Below are positions 10,401-21,685 of a DNA stretch of 64,000 nt, one piece after another. This stretch comes from an uncultured bacterium (GTDB taxonomy: Bacteria > Verrucomicrobiota > Verrucomicrobiia > Limisphaerales > UBA8199): the NCBI GenBank assembly GCA_963749495.1, contig CAVVMW010000029.1, positions 64,001-128,000 of the forward strand, in the 5' to 3' direction. The notes below the pieces were generated by a model. The model ran no database searches. It had not been told where the DNA came from and was given only the letters and a program-made list of their open reading frames with translations. Position 1 is the stretch's first letter, and every line of letters begins with the position of its first letter. The translations under genes and the position numbers were made by a program.

Positions 10401-11988
10401 TCACAGTGTAACCGTTGGAGTCGAGATCGCGGCGCTGCTCGAGGCCGCTCCCGTCGGCAGTGATTCTCTTGGGCGCGAACGCCAAACGCAGCAGGGTGAC
10501 TGTTCCCGCGGGCGCGCCGAACGTCGAGTATTCGATCCGGCCATTCCCGTAGCGGATCGAGTTGACCACCGCGCTGCAGCGCACGAGGTGGTTCTCGCGA
10601 TTGGCGCCGAGTTCCTCCGGCAACCAGCCAATCGCCGCCAGCACAAACCGCAGGGGCATCGGATGCGCGATATTGAACCAGTCTCCATTGACAATAACGC
10701 CCCCGTCGAGGTTGTCCTCGGTGACGCCGGTTTCGTGCGCGTCGTAGGTTTGGAGGACCATTTGGCGGCAGGCCAGCTCCCGCATCCAGGGACTGTCTGC
10801 GGCGACCGCGTATTGAGCGAAGGTGGGGGCGACATCCAGGGGCGCGTACCAAAGCGAACGGCCGCAGCAACTGGAGGATTCCGGGTAGGCCCAGGCGCCA
10901 CTGTAAACGTCCCCGCCCGAGCCGGGACTGGCGCTGGTGCGGTTGAGAAAGAGCGTGAGGATGTTGCGCGCGTCATTCCGCCAGCTCGGAAACTCCGCCG
11001 GGTGATTTAAGAGGTAGGTGACCGCATCGGGTGTGGTGAGGCAGTTCTGGGTGGGGTTCGGCCAGTCCCAGAAATAGCGTCCCCAGGTATCATCGGCCAG
11101 CCATGCGGGGAGGAGTCGATCCCTCAGATATCGGCGGCCCGCGTCTCGCGAAGCCAAAAGGCAACCGTTCCTGCCGGTGTAGCCGAGGCCAATCAACTCG
11201 TCGAGAAATCCGAGAATCAGCGTCACGCCCCCCGTTTGTTTGTTGTCCTTCCACTGCGTCTCTTGGGGATTGGCGTAACGCGGCCAGGGATCGGCATTCG
11301 GGTCCAGGTTGCAGCGCTCGGCAAGGAGATCACCCCAATGTCTGGCCGTTTCAAACCAGCGCGTGTTTCCGGTGAGCTGGTAAGCGCGCAACAGTCCCTG
11401 GCCGGCCGAAGCACAAAGATCCAGTTGAATCATCCCATGCGGATCGGTCTTGAAGAACGCCTTGCCGCGGGTCGGCACACTGACGAAAAAACCGGGCCAC
11501 GGGTGGTCCGCGGGCGTCTGGCAGTGATCCACGATGAACTCGGCCATGTAGGTAAGGTGCGCGATGGCTGCCGCATCGCCGGTGTAGCGATAATACTCCA
11601 CAAATCCATTGAGCACGCTGGTTGCGCGCTGGCTGAGATCTCCGTTTCCCCAATCGCCCGGGTCCCGGGGCGTGATGACACCGTTTGAGGAAATCTGCCA
11701 GAAACCGCTGAAGATGTAGGCGGGATACTCGGCGATGGCGCTGGCGTGTGTGGTCCACGGATACCGCTTCAGCGTCTCCGCGGCGATGCGCACCCGGAAA
11801 TCGCACTGGCCATTCAGCCCGCGATACCACGGCGCGATCACTCCGTGCTGGTCGTGGGCCGCGGCGTGGCCGTAGTACCGCGATTGGACTCCCGACCCGA
11901 AGAGCGGCCCTGCCAGGAAGGTCCACAATGCCAGTGCTCCTGCGGAGCTTGTGACCAGCTTAGGAACAGAGACCAGGGTCTTTTTCAT
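7457..11988 (-). CDS. Large secreted multidomain glycoside hydrolase (putative (alpha/alpha)6 barrel, malectin-like domain, second (alpha/alpha)6 barrel); apparent frameshift near 7600
   Basis: 1480-aa ORF with a signal peptide, a malectin-like segment (YHARLKFA..FDIRVNGRRVVERLDVAATAGG..NGILEIRF) and a GH-like segment (YDEFYIRDGAY..DANGQALW). The C-terminus continues in the 7457..7720 frame. Confidence 0.75.
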
Positions 11989-12017
11989 GCGTTCAAGAGC
12001 GGAGACTGCTCTTGCCG

Positions 12018-12977
12018 CTACGCCTTTCGCGGGTAGCGGAAGATCGCCTCGTCTTGCAATGCCTTTTTCTTGATCGCCTCCACTTCCGAGGCTTCCAGAG
12101 GGGTAATCTTCCCGCCTAGTTCGAGCGCCATGCGAAACAGCTTCTCATCGCCCGGCGGAATGGCCGCCGTGACTGGGTGTGACAGGGTGAAGCGCAGTGC
12201 CAGGAGTGCCTCCTCGGGATGGGAGAGAGGTTCATACCAGCACTTGGGGCTGCTGTGGGTGGCGCGGCAGGCCACGGCCCTTTGGCCATGGCCTTCAAAG
12301 CCAGGATGCCCATGCCCCGCTCCTGTGCCCGGGCGAGCACTCGGGCCGAAGTTGCCCGCGTGCCAGGTCACATAGTTAATCGGGAACAGGATCGTGTCAA
12401 AGGCGAATCCCTCGATCAAGGCCAGCGCGGCCTCGACGGAATGCGCCGAAAAACCCAGAAACCGAATCTTCCCGGCCTGCTTGGCTTCGACAAAGGCCCG
12501 CAGGGCGCCTTCGGGTCCCAGAATGGCCTCGACTTCCTCGCCGGTCGTCACGGCGTGCAGTTGATAGAGGTCCACGTGGTCGGTCCGCAGCCTTTGCAGC
12601 GAGCGGTCCAGTTCGGCGGCGGTTTCGCGTTTGCGCCGCTGCTCGGTCTTGCAGGCCAGAAAGACCTTGTGGCGGAACGGTTGCAGTGCCGGGCCCAGCC
12701 TTTCTTCAGCGTTGCCATAGCTGGGTGCGACGTCGAAATAGTTCACGCCGTGATCAATGGCTTCCTGGACCCGGAGCGATGCCTCCTCCGGCGTGGCGTC
12801 TTTGACTACAATCCCTCCGAAGCCGAGGATGGAGAGCTTCTCACCAGTCTTGCCCAAGGACCGCTTTTCGAGGCCTTGGGGCGGTTGCTCCCGCGCCAGG
12901 GATGCAAGCGTCGCTGGAAACATGTCCAGCAGGGCGGTGGCTGCCGCTCCGGTTTTCACGAATTGTCGTCTGTTCAT
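12018..12977 (-). CDS. Tat-exported aldo/keto reductase; local frameshift near 12260-12340
   Basis: MNRRQFVK Tat motif; LGFGG, YFDVAPSYG and DLYQLH motifs; GMGILALKAMA lies in an alternative frame. Confidence 0.88.
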   Translation of the reverse strand: MNRRQFVKTGAAATALLDMFPATLASLAREQPPQGLEKRSLGKTGEKLSILGFGGIVVKDATPEEASLRVQEAIDHGVNYFDVAPSYGNAEERLGPALQPFRHKVFLACKTEQRRKRETAAELDRSLQRLRTDHVDLYQLHAVTTGEEVEAILGPEGALRAFVEAKQAGKIRFLGFSAHSVEAALALIEGFAFDTILFPINYVTWHAGNFGPSARPGTGAGHGHPGFEGHGQRAVACRATHSSPKCWYEPLSHPEEALLALRFTLSHPVTAAIPPGDEKLFRMALELGGKITPLEASEVEAIKKKALQDEAIFRYPRKA

Positions 12978-13529
12978 AGCGATATCCTTTCGCGAGCCGG
13001 ACGGAATCTGAATCCCGGTCCAATCTCGACAATACTCTACCTGGGCCTTGCAGCGTGGCCAGCCCAAATATCAGTGGCGGCTGGCCCTTCCCTTGGCCGC
13101 GCTGATCGCGAACCGTAACGCCCCTTCGTTAAAGGCCAGCCCATGTTCGGGGTCTCTGGACAAATTGCAGCAGAGATAACAGATGCGTCCGCCGTTGGGC
13201 AGTTCGATTATGGACCCGCTACAGCGCTACAAGGCGCATGGAACCGGTGGATTTTTGAGATAAGACCCGCAACATGACCCGCAACAAGGCCCAACAGCTT
13301 CGGTAAAATGGGGGGATTCTTGCGCGGGCGATATTTGTTTGACACCGTGGAAGTCAATTCCAGCTCGGTAGAACCGAGCGCTTTCCGGAGAGCGGTGTGC
13401 GGGGGGGATTGGGAGAGGGCGCGGGCAGGGGCGAAAGGGAGGAAAAGGAGAATGGGGATGGAGGAGACGGTCTTTTTTGGTGCTGCCTCAGTGAGGGCGC
13501 AGAGCGGAACCGGAAGGGCGCCGCCCAAC

Positions 13530-13623
13530 GCGAAGCGTTTTGGAGTGCGGCAGTCCTCTGCCGCTTTCGCGTTCCCAGAACCAGGGACTGAAAAGCGGCA
13601 GAGGACTGCCGCAGTCCACAACC
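13530..13623. repeat. REP-like palindromic doublet (GCGGCAGTCCTCTGCCGC family), copy 1
   Basis: TGCGGCAGTCCTCTGCCGCTTT...AAAGCGGCAGAGGACTGCCGCA; homologues at about 29762-29850 and 33152-33253. Confidence 0.85.
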
Positions 13624-13844
13624 TTCGGGCTCGGGTCGGTTCATGGAGAGTGGTCTGCCCGCCGTGTCGCGCCCGCCCTCACTGAGGCCCTACCTTTTTT
13701 GGGCGGTGGAGGAGGGGTGGACAGTATTTGTCCCACCGGGTGTGGCATGGTGAGGGCAAAAAGGCTGATATGAAAGGCGGAGATATGAGGACGGGGTTGG
13801 AGATTGGAGAGCGGGGTGGGGGCGGTGCGGGCAGGCGGGCGGCG

Positions 13845-14255
13845 ATGAGCTTGAGCGCGAGCGCGGAGGAGAACAGCCCGAGCGGGGCGCTGTTGATGGA
13901 CATATTCGTTGTGTTCATCCTTTTGAAGGTGGAGCGGCTGTTCAGCCGGACCCTGGCGGCGGGGTTGCACGAGTTTCGGGACCGGCCATGGTCGGAGGGC
14001 CTGAGCGGGAAGGGATACACGGAGCTATGGCTGGCGGAGCAGTTGCAACCGTACGGAATACGGCCTGCAACGATTCGGATAGGGGAGGAGGTGGGCCGGG
14101 GGTACTTGAAGGAGGATTTCGGTGAGGTGTTTCTGCGCTATATCCCGGCGTCGGAGGTGGAGGCGCTGAGGCAGAAGGGCAAAAGGACAGTGGAGGATTC
14201 AAAGCGCGAAGCGGGGAGCACTAAGGCCGAGGCGGGAGGGTGCGGGACAAAATAG
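13845..14255 (+). pseudogene. DUF3631-like C-terminal fragment (mobile-element replication-associated protein)
   Basis: RPWSEGLSGK..LAEQLQPYGIRPATIRIG...RGYLKEDFGEVFLRYIP; N-terminal part missing. Confidence 0.6.
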
Positions 14256-14412
14256 TAACCATTAGACCTGTTCATTTCCGCGTATTCCGCGTATTCCGCG
14301 GTTCATTCTTCTTCGGAGCTTCGCCAGCCTCGCCAGCCATGGAAACCAATCTCATTTACGAGGCAGAATCCTGAGCGCAACCGCGGAATGCTTAGCGGAA
14401 TACGCGGAAGTG
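14239..14412 (+). mobile_element. Left end of the TIR-bounded GxxExxY repeat cassette, containing the empty intron target site (14299/14300)
   Basis: GGACAAAATAGTAACC (14245-14260), TTCCGCGTATTCCGCGTATTCCGC|GGTTCATTCTTC, micro-ORF METNLIYEAES* (14339-14374), then AACCGCGGAAT..GCGGAATACGCGGAA. Confidence 0.75.
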
Positions 14413-14461
14413 AGAATTCAAAACTGGACCAAACAACGGTGCCTGTGAATAATGCGTGCCC

Positions 14462-14900
14462 ATGAAAACGCCCACAGTTGTCTCTGTGCTGGCTCGGGCG
14501 TCGAGGCCTGGGGTTGTGCTGTTCATCTGCATCAGCGTCGGCGTGCTGCCCGCCTCAATCCAGGCTGCGGAAACATGGACCGATGTCTCCAGCCCATTGC
14601 TGGCGCGCTTGACCAACAGTGGGGCGGCGCTGGCCTGGCCCGGGGGTTGTTCGGGAGTCGTGGTGAACCGGCTCACCGGCGAGGTGACCATCAAAGTCGT
14701 CGGCTGCGGTCTTTGGCGCAGCCGGGACAAAGCCAAGAACTGGCAGCGGATCGATGATGACTGCGTTTCGGGGAGAGACGAGACAGGCTGGGCCACCAGC
14801 CTGGATCAGGACACGCCCACACGAATGGCCAGCTTTTCCCTGGATGGTTCAGCGGGCTGGACGACCGACGGGCGAACCTGGAGGCGTTTTGCCAGTTCAA
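14462..14900 (+). pseudogene. Truncated secreted BNR/Asp-box beta-propeller protein
   Basis: Signal peptide, then WRSRDKAKNW and WTTDGRTW Asp-boxes; the ORF then runs antisense into the next gene. Confidence 0.55.
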
Positions 14901-14957
14901 TGAAAAACAAAATCACCAATTCCATCAGAGCCGTTTATCCTGGCCTTTACCTGGTGT

Positions 14958-15764
14958 CTAATGCCAGGTTTCAGGATGGGGTTGGTGGTCGTTGTTCCAG
15001 CGCAGGCGGGCAGAGGTGGTGGCCTTCATCCAATTGGTCTGTTTGCCGAATTCGACATGAGCGTCGCAGAATACCACGTTGCCTCCGCCGTTATGGCGGT
15101 TGGAGATGTAATCGTCCTGCTCGTCCAGTCCGCCGAGGATATCCCCGTCCTGTTGATTCATCCTGGTGCCAACGTTTTGTTGAGCCAGTTCCGGGTAGTC
15201 GCCAATGCCGATCATATCCGCAGGCGCCAGCACACGGTTCTCAGGGAGCGCAATTAAGGCGCCCATACTGCCGCTCCCTTCGCTGCCCCCGAGCCCCAGC
15301 GCCAGCGAACCGGTGTCGTTTTGATACCTTCCGGTGCCCAGGGCATTATAGCCGTAACTGGGGTTGAAGGTGAGCAGATTGGTCCAAGAGGCGGATGACT
15401 TTCGCGCGCGGCAAAGGAAGACGTTCGGGTTGCCACCAGCCATCGGCACAAGGAGAGCATCCCAATTGGTGGAAGCACCTCCCGGCGCGAACGACATGCC
15501 CTCGCGCCAAACAGGGAATTTCTTGAAGTCCCCCAGGTAAATGCCCACAGCCAATCCGATTTGGTGCAGGTTGCTCCGGCAGGCGATGGATATAGCGCCG
15601 GCCTTGGAGCGAGAGAGCGCCGGCAAGAGCATCGCCGCCAGAATGGCGATGACTGCAATCACCACGAGCAATTCGATCAGTGTAAAGGCAACACCCTCGG
15701 CGCGCCTCTTGTTTCTGCGGAGGAAGTCCTGGGGGAACGTGCCTCGGTGACAAAGAGGTTTCAT
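14958..15764 (-). CDS. Prepilin-type N-methylation domain protein with C-terminal H-X9-DG motif (DUF1559-like)
   Basis: [40 protein letters not shown]. Confidence 0.9.
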   Translation of the reverse strand: MKPLCHRGTFPQDFLRRNKRRAEGVAFTLIELLVVIAVIAILAAMLLPALSRSKAGAISIACRSNLHQIGLAVGIYLGDFKKFPVWREGMSFAPGGASTNWDALLVPMAGGNPNVFLCRARKSSASWTNLLTFNPSYGYNALGTGRYQNDTGSLALGLGGSEGSGSMGALIALPENRVLAPADMIGIGDYPELAQQNVGTRMNQQDGDILGGLDEQDDYISNRHNGGGNVVFCDAHVEFGKQTNWMKATTSARLRWNNDHQPHPETWH

Positions 15765-15910
15765 CGCCTCAAACGTTACCACAGGAGTCAATGAATGAGA
15801 AGCGGCGTTTTGACGGTCAGCCTTGCGGAACACCTGATCAAGCCGGCCTCGGGAGGACTCAACCGCCAGGGACAGGAGATCCTACAAGCTCCGAAACATC
15901 AACCAGAGCC

Positions 15911-16280
15911 AGGGTCAAACCATAGCATGGGGCGGTTTTCATGTTGACGGAGCGGTTGGAGGCGCTGTAACCAAGGCCAATGCCGCGCAAGCTACGTGTC
16001 GAATATCCAGGGACCATGTATCAGGTGATGAGCCCGGGGCTCGGCGGGAGGACATCTTCCTGGATGACGTGGACCGGCAGGACTTCATCAAGACGGTTGC
16101 CGAGGCTTGCCAGGAGACCGGATGGCACGTGCATGCGGTTGCCGCTCGCAAGCACCTGGGCGCGTCGAACAGCGCCAACGCCCGGCTGCACACGTGGTTG
16201 GGGCAGGCCCCGCACCCCGACGCGAACCAAGGTCACCTCCAAATATGAAGAAAAACGAACCAAGCTATGGTTTGACGCCT
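15911..16280 (+). mobile_element. Internally deleted REP-associated tyrosine transposase (RAYT) element with inverted ends
   Basis: MPRKLRVEYPGTMYQVMS / REDIFLDDVDRQDFIKTVAEACQETGWHVHA; ends GTCAAACCATAGC and GCTATGGTTTGAC. Confidence 0.75.
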
Positions 16281-16359
16281 ATGACGAGAATAAGCTGGGA
16301 GATCCGGTCGCTTTGTTTTCCAAGCGGGCTGGTCGTCTCCCAGCAGGGCGTTCAAGCGG

Positions 16360-19136
16360 TCACCTGCCGCGAGCGGGAGAGAACTGAGCGGTGACGGTGG
16401 TAGTCCCGCCGTCGTCGCCAACCCGCAGGCCGACGGCAACCGGGTTTACGGTGCCGGTGAGATCGGCGCCGGTTCCTGCCGCTAAAAATTGGAAATTAGG
16501 TCCTCGGAGAGGCCAGATTGCCACCCCCAAATCCACGCCTTGGATCACGCCAAAGAAGTAAAACAGGCCTTGAAATTCTTTGAAGGAGCCGGCGGGGATC
16601 GTCGTATTGAAGGTCCCGACCTGCAAACGGACGTCCTCGGTGAGGGGAGCAATCCCGTCGCTCCCGGCGCCCAGCCTGAACGCGCCGTCGATGGCGAACT
16701 CGCCCTTCTTGGAGTTGGCCGGCTCCTTGATTGCGGCGTGGGCTGAGAAGGCAGCGAAGGGCACGACGGGGGGCGGCACGACCAAAATGGCGGCCTGGAT
16801 GCTCGGCGCCGGGTTGTAATAGTCGTTGCCCGCCTGCGAGGCCGTAACGAGCACCGTGCCGACTCCCGTGAAGGTGAGGACGTTCCCGTTCAGGGTTGCC
16901 GGGCCCGAGACCAGGGCGAAGCTCACGGGCAGGCCGGAGGAAGCGGCGGCGCTGAGGGCGAGCTGGCTGCCAACGGTTTGGGAGGCCGGCGGCGTGAACG
17001 TAATCGTCTGGTCCTGCTTCGTGGTGGCCGCCGCGATGATGGTCCCGGTCAGAGCGGCAATCGTAGGCTGGCTGAGCCCATTGAACACAACCGTAAACGT
17101 CCAACCCCCCGAGACCCACACCCGGTGCGGTGCGCTTAACAGCACACCGTTCGACCACCTGCGGCCAGTACCCATGAGCCGGATCATTCGGATCATAATA
17201 CAGCAATTGTGGTAGTCCTAAGTGGCCGGGGTCGGGACTGAAAAACGTGGCCACCAAGGTGGCGTTGTTGACGTTGTTGACCCCTCCTCCCGTGACCTGT
17301 AGATCGGTGTAGGTGCTCCCTGCCGCGAAGGCCGTGCCAGGGACTGGGCTCCCGGTGTAGGCAGCGGCCGAGACCACTACGGGCTGCTGACTGCTGCCCG
17401 CGGGGTTGCTAAGCGTTGCGGTAACCGCCGGGGGCTGCCCCGCGCTCGGTGACGAAGTGACGGTCACCGTTTCCCCGGCCCCCGCGACTTGGCTCTGCGC
17501 GGAACCGCTCTGCACCAAGGGGACGTACACCACCAGGGGCGCTTGGGCGGACATCCTATCGTTAGGGTTGCTCACGGAGACAAGGGCAACACCAATGTTC
17601 TGACCCGGCCGCAGCACAAGGGCGCCGGCGGGAATCGTGACTTGAAGCTGGTTCGGGTTATCGAACAATGTGGTGGCAGGCTGGTGATTGCCGTTGTCAA
17701 CGGGATCGCCACTGATGGTTACCGTAGCAGGATTGGCAAAGCCGTAGCCATGGACGAGGAGCGTGAAGCCTGCGTTGGCGATGTTCGTGATCACGGAGGA
17801 GGGGTCCAGACTCCCGACAACCGGTACCAGGCTGGCAAACCAGGCCCCAGCGCCGTTGGGGCCGGTTCCATTGCCAACCATCCGTTGGCCGTCCGGGGAC
17901 ACGCCCACTGCGCTGGAGAGGGCCCAGCCGCTTAGGCCCGGTATTAGAGGGTCCAGGATGTTATGAACCGTTTGCATCCCGTCCGCGGCCGTCCAGCAAA
18001 ATGCCTGCGGCTGCCCGCCGGCGTCGCCTGCGGTGCCAACGACCACGGAACCGTCGGCGGAGACGGATAGGGCTTCGCTAAAAGAGTTGACTGAGAGTGT
18101 TCCCAAATCTACCATTAGGTCGCTGGTGGACCATCGAAACGCATTCGGAATCCAGCCCGAGCCTGGGGGCGCAAGTGGGAACGCAAAGCCGACCGCGACG
18201 GACCCATCCGCGGATATGGCCGTAAGGCTGTTCGTAAAGCGCAGTGTGCCCCCCAGATCTCCCAGCTCTTGGGGCGTGCTGTCGCTGGCGGGCGTCCATC
18301 GTAACCACTCATTCGCGGTTCCGGTTCCGTTAAGCCTAAGGCCAATCCCGAACACGACCGAGCCGTTGGCGGAGACCGCCACGGCGTCGCTGAAAGTATT
18401 GGGTGGCCCCGTGGGCGCCCCCAAATCCTGCGGCGCAAAGAGCGGCGCCGTCCATCGCAGGGCGTGGCCATTCCCGCTGCTAGGGACATCGCCGTAGCCA
18501 ACGATGACTGAGCCGTTGGCGGACACTGCGTTAGCTTGGCTATGGCTCTGCAGGACCCCCAGATCCTGCGGCGCGTAGCCCCCGTCCGCCGTCCATTGCA
18601 GGGCGTGGAGATTCCCGCTGCTATCAACAACGCCGTCGCCAACGATGACCGAACCGTCGGCGGAGACGGCCTGGGGAGAGCTGAAAGCGCTGGCTCCCTG
18701 GGGCGGCTCAAGCAACTGCGCCGCCCAGCGGCCGCCGGAGGTCCACACCACCGCTTGCTGCCAGGCGAACGCTAACTCGATACCTACGACCACCAGACCG
18801 TCGGCGGAAACCGCCTTGGCGTAAGTGGAATCCCCCGTGAATGCCGGCGGCAGATCCGTCAGGGAATTGTCGCTCGCCGACCACCGGAAGGCGTGGTGGG
18901 TGACGCCGTTCTGACTCCACCAGGGTGCCAACCACAACCGAGTCGTCGCTGGACGCTGCCACCGCGGTTGCCTGCTGGCCGACAGATCCTATCCAGGTGA
19001 GACACTGCGCGCCCGCGTTCGAGACCATGGCCAGGATTACGAGGGGGGCAATCGCTCCCAAGACCGCCCGAACACTGGCTGCGAAATACAAGGCCAGCGC
19101 GCTGGCCAACATTGCGGGCTTGAATTTCACAGTCAT
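16360..19136 (-). CDS. Secreted HAF-repeat protein with IPT/Ig-like C-terminal domains; frameshifts near 18920 and 17140
   Basis: Repeated AVSADGSVIVG / HALRWT..PQDLG units across the consecutive ORFs 18708..19157, 16496..18937 and 16360..17196. Confidence 0.8.
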
Positions 19137-19865
19137 CTTCTCTCTATGGTTTTGCATTTTGCTGTTCCTTTCGTTTTTGGCGGCTGGCGCCCAGGTTTGT
19201 GCTTGCTATTCGTTCGTTTGGCATTTCTTGCCAAGTGGTAGCACAGGAAAATTGGGGAAACGTTACAGGCCTTTTGGTTTGTTGCTGTTTTTTGCTTCGC
19301 GGCGTTTTCAGCGGCTCGGAAGCGTCCTTTTGCTCGCCGAGGCAACCCGCGCCAGCCACGTTTCCAGTCCACCGGCCGCAATAAGTAAAGGAGCAAAAAC
19401 TGAAGAAGGTGACACCCCAAGGGGCTGGATTTGTCGTCACCCTCAATATCGGGTGGTGCCTTTGGCATGGAGCCTGAAGGCCGTATCGCCGAAGCCAGGC
19501 ATGCGAGATGAAGGAGGCCGCATTGGGTGGGTAGGAAACGAGGTCGAAAAGAACGCCAGCCGTCCGGAACCAGATGCGGCTCATCCCTCCTCCGGGTGAT
19601 TTCGGAAATCCCATCACCCAACTCGGCCGACCCATAAATGGCCGTGTCATGCCACCGTGATTCCCAGGTTCTCTGCACGCGGGTCGTTGGCTGAAACAGG
19701 CGTGAATCAGCGGCTCGTGGAGGCAGTTGTGCTTAGTTCATCACATCGCCTGAAAGTTGTCCAGCCTGAAAAGCACTTTGTTTGTATCCTCTTCTCAGGC
19801 AATTAGTTGCGACGAAGATTTTGCCCCCGAGTTCTATGGAAACAAAAGTCCGTTGGATCGGTGCG

Positions 19866-21650
19866 TCAGGCGGCTTTCTGAAATAGGCGGCAGATGGCCT
19901 CGGGGAAGGCGGGGAGTGCGATCAGTTGCCGGATTTGCGGAGGTACTTTCTCCAAGGAGCCTTGAACCGCCCGCAGTTCTTCGCGAACGGTTTGAGCGTC
20001 GATCTGGGCAAAGCGTTCTTCGAGGGTAGCCTGGCCGTTGAGCAGGATTTTGAGGTAGCCAGGATTTTCCAGATTTCGGACCAATGGGGTGTCGGCGATC
20101 ATGCTTTGGAGCAAGCGGCTGATCGAGTTGTGCCCGCTTCTGCGGCGAGCTCCTCGCCGAAAATCGCGGAAGAACCGCTCCATAAGGTTGTTGGTGCGCT
20201 GGGGTTGGAGGCGCCGTGTTCCGCTGGGGGTCCTCACCGTGATCGGATCGGCAAAGAGCTTGTCTTTATACTTGTCGATCTGCCCGATGAGGGCCTGCCA
20301 GTGGGGGGTGGAAGGGTAATCGGCACGGGAGGTAATCTCCTGGTGGAAGTGCTCGACCGCCTTTTCAATCGGGCCCATAGCCATCGGGCGGCTGCCAGAG
20401 TTGAGACCAGCGGCTCCGCCGGCTTCGGCAATACGCATCGCGCTACGCAGTCGGTCGAACACCGCGATCTTGAGGTCGATGGCGGTGAGCATTCTTTGCA
20501 GGCCCTCATCGGCGTAGATTCCTTTGAGTTCACAGGACAGCTTGAATAGCGGTTTGTTGTCCGCCCATTGGCCGCGGAGGTGAACGTCCTTGATTTGTTC
20601 CAAGCCCTGCCCCAGAGCCCGCAGGCGCTTGGCAAACTGCACGTGAGGCCGATCAAAGGGGAACCCGTAGCCCTGGCCGTCGGTTTTACCCTCCAGTGCC
20701 CACTGGATCAGAGCGTAGGCACAGAGCAGCGGAAAGACCTCCAGCTTCTCGCTCGGCAGACAGTGGCCCTGCACATCCTGACAGAAGCTCTCGACCAAGC
20801 CGGGCTGCTCATCGATGGCAGCTTTGAACCGGCGAGCGTAATAGAGCAGCTTTTCGGTCAGGCCATGCTTGCGCAGGCGCTGCCGGATAGCGTCATAGTC
20901 GGCCTCCAGGAGATCCTTGCCGGCATCGCGCAGAAAATGAAAATGACAGACAAAGTCCGGCACGCCGGGAAACACCCTCTGGACTGCCGCCAGGATGCCG
21001 TGGCCCATGTCATGGACGGCCGCCACCGGCACCCCAAAGCGGCGCTTGATCTCCTGCAGGAACGGGACAATCTGCTCGGTCTTTTCCGAGGGCACCTTCA
21101 CATTGCCCAGCACGATTTCCGAGAGCGAATCCAGGCTGCTCATCAACATCGGCCCGCCCCCTTCACCGGTGCCATCCAGATGGAGAATGTAACCGCCTTG
21201 GGCGCGCATGGCTTGCTTGAGGGGTGGCGCCGACTGCCGGTGCGCCAGGGCGAGGTAAACGACGAACTTTCTTCCCAGATAGCCGACTTCACTGGGACTG
21301 AGCCGAACCTGGTGCGCTTGCAATTCCTCGATGATTTGCTCGGCCCGGCGCTGGTGCAAGAAAAGCGCCTGGCCGACGAAGACCAGCACATCGTACCCAA
21401 AGGTGCAGCCCGAGGGCACCAGTTGACTGAGAGACTCGGCGCCATAGAGGGTGTCGTTGGGGCAGTGCTCGCAGTGCAGGAGGGTTTCGTGCGCGCTAAA
21501 GCAGCCCAGCGGCAGGGTCTGAACCCTTCGGCGCTGGGTTTTGTAAACCTGGAGCGGCGCCCGACAGTCGGGGCAATCGGTTTGGGCGGGCCGAAAGGGC
21601 ACGGTAGGCCGTTGCGCGAACAGACAGGCCGGGGAACTCTCTCTCGCCAA
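19866..21650 (-). CDS. Transposase catalytic ORF (Zn ribbon plus DDE)
   Basis: CPDC..HCEHC; ILHLDGT, AAVHDMG, FVCHFHFLRD, QRTNNLMERFFR. Confidence 0.8.
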   Translation of the reverse strand: MARESSPACLFAQRPTVPFRPAQTDCPDCRAPLQVYKTQRRRVQTLPLGCFSAHETLLHCEHCPNDTLYGAESLSQLVPSGCTFGYDVLVFVGQALFLHQRRAEQIIEELQAHQVRLSPSEVGYLGRKFVVYLALAHRQSAPPLKQAMRAQGGYILHLDGTGEGGGPMLMSSLDSLSEIVLGNVKVPSEKTEQIVPFLQEIKRRFGVPVAAVHDMGHGILAAVQRVFPGVPDFVCHFHFLRDAGKDLLEADYDAIRQRLRKHGLTEKLLYYARRFKAAIDEQPGLVESFCQDVQGHCLPSEKLEVFPLLCAYALIQWALEGKTDGQGYGFPFDRPHVQFAKRLRALGQGLEQIKDVHLRGQWADNKPLFKLSCELKGIYADEGLQRMLTAIDLKIAVFDRLRSAMRIAEAGGAAGLNSGSRPMAMGPIEKAVEHFHQEITSRADYPSTPHWQALIGQIDKYKDKLFADPITVRTPSGTRRLQPQRTNNLMERFFRDFRRGARRRSGHNSISRLLQSMIADTPLVRNLENPGYLKILLNGQATLEERFAQIDAQTVREELRAVQGSLEKVPPQIRQLIALPAFPEAICRLFQKAA

Positions 21651-21685
21651 CTTCTCCTGGTAACTCCGGAAGGTGGCCAGCGTAT

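Noticed and set aside
13845..14255. Prophage, suggested by the DUF3631-like and DUF3486-like (60095-60307) fragments
   Set aside because: Isolated remnants with no structural, terminase or integrase module around them.
14958..15764. DGR target or type IV pilus locus
   Set aside because: No RT, no TR/VR pair with adenine-specific mismatches, and no pilus assembly genes.
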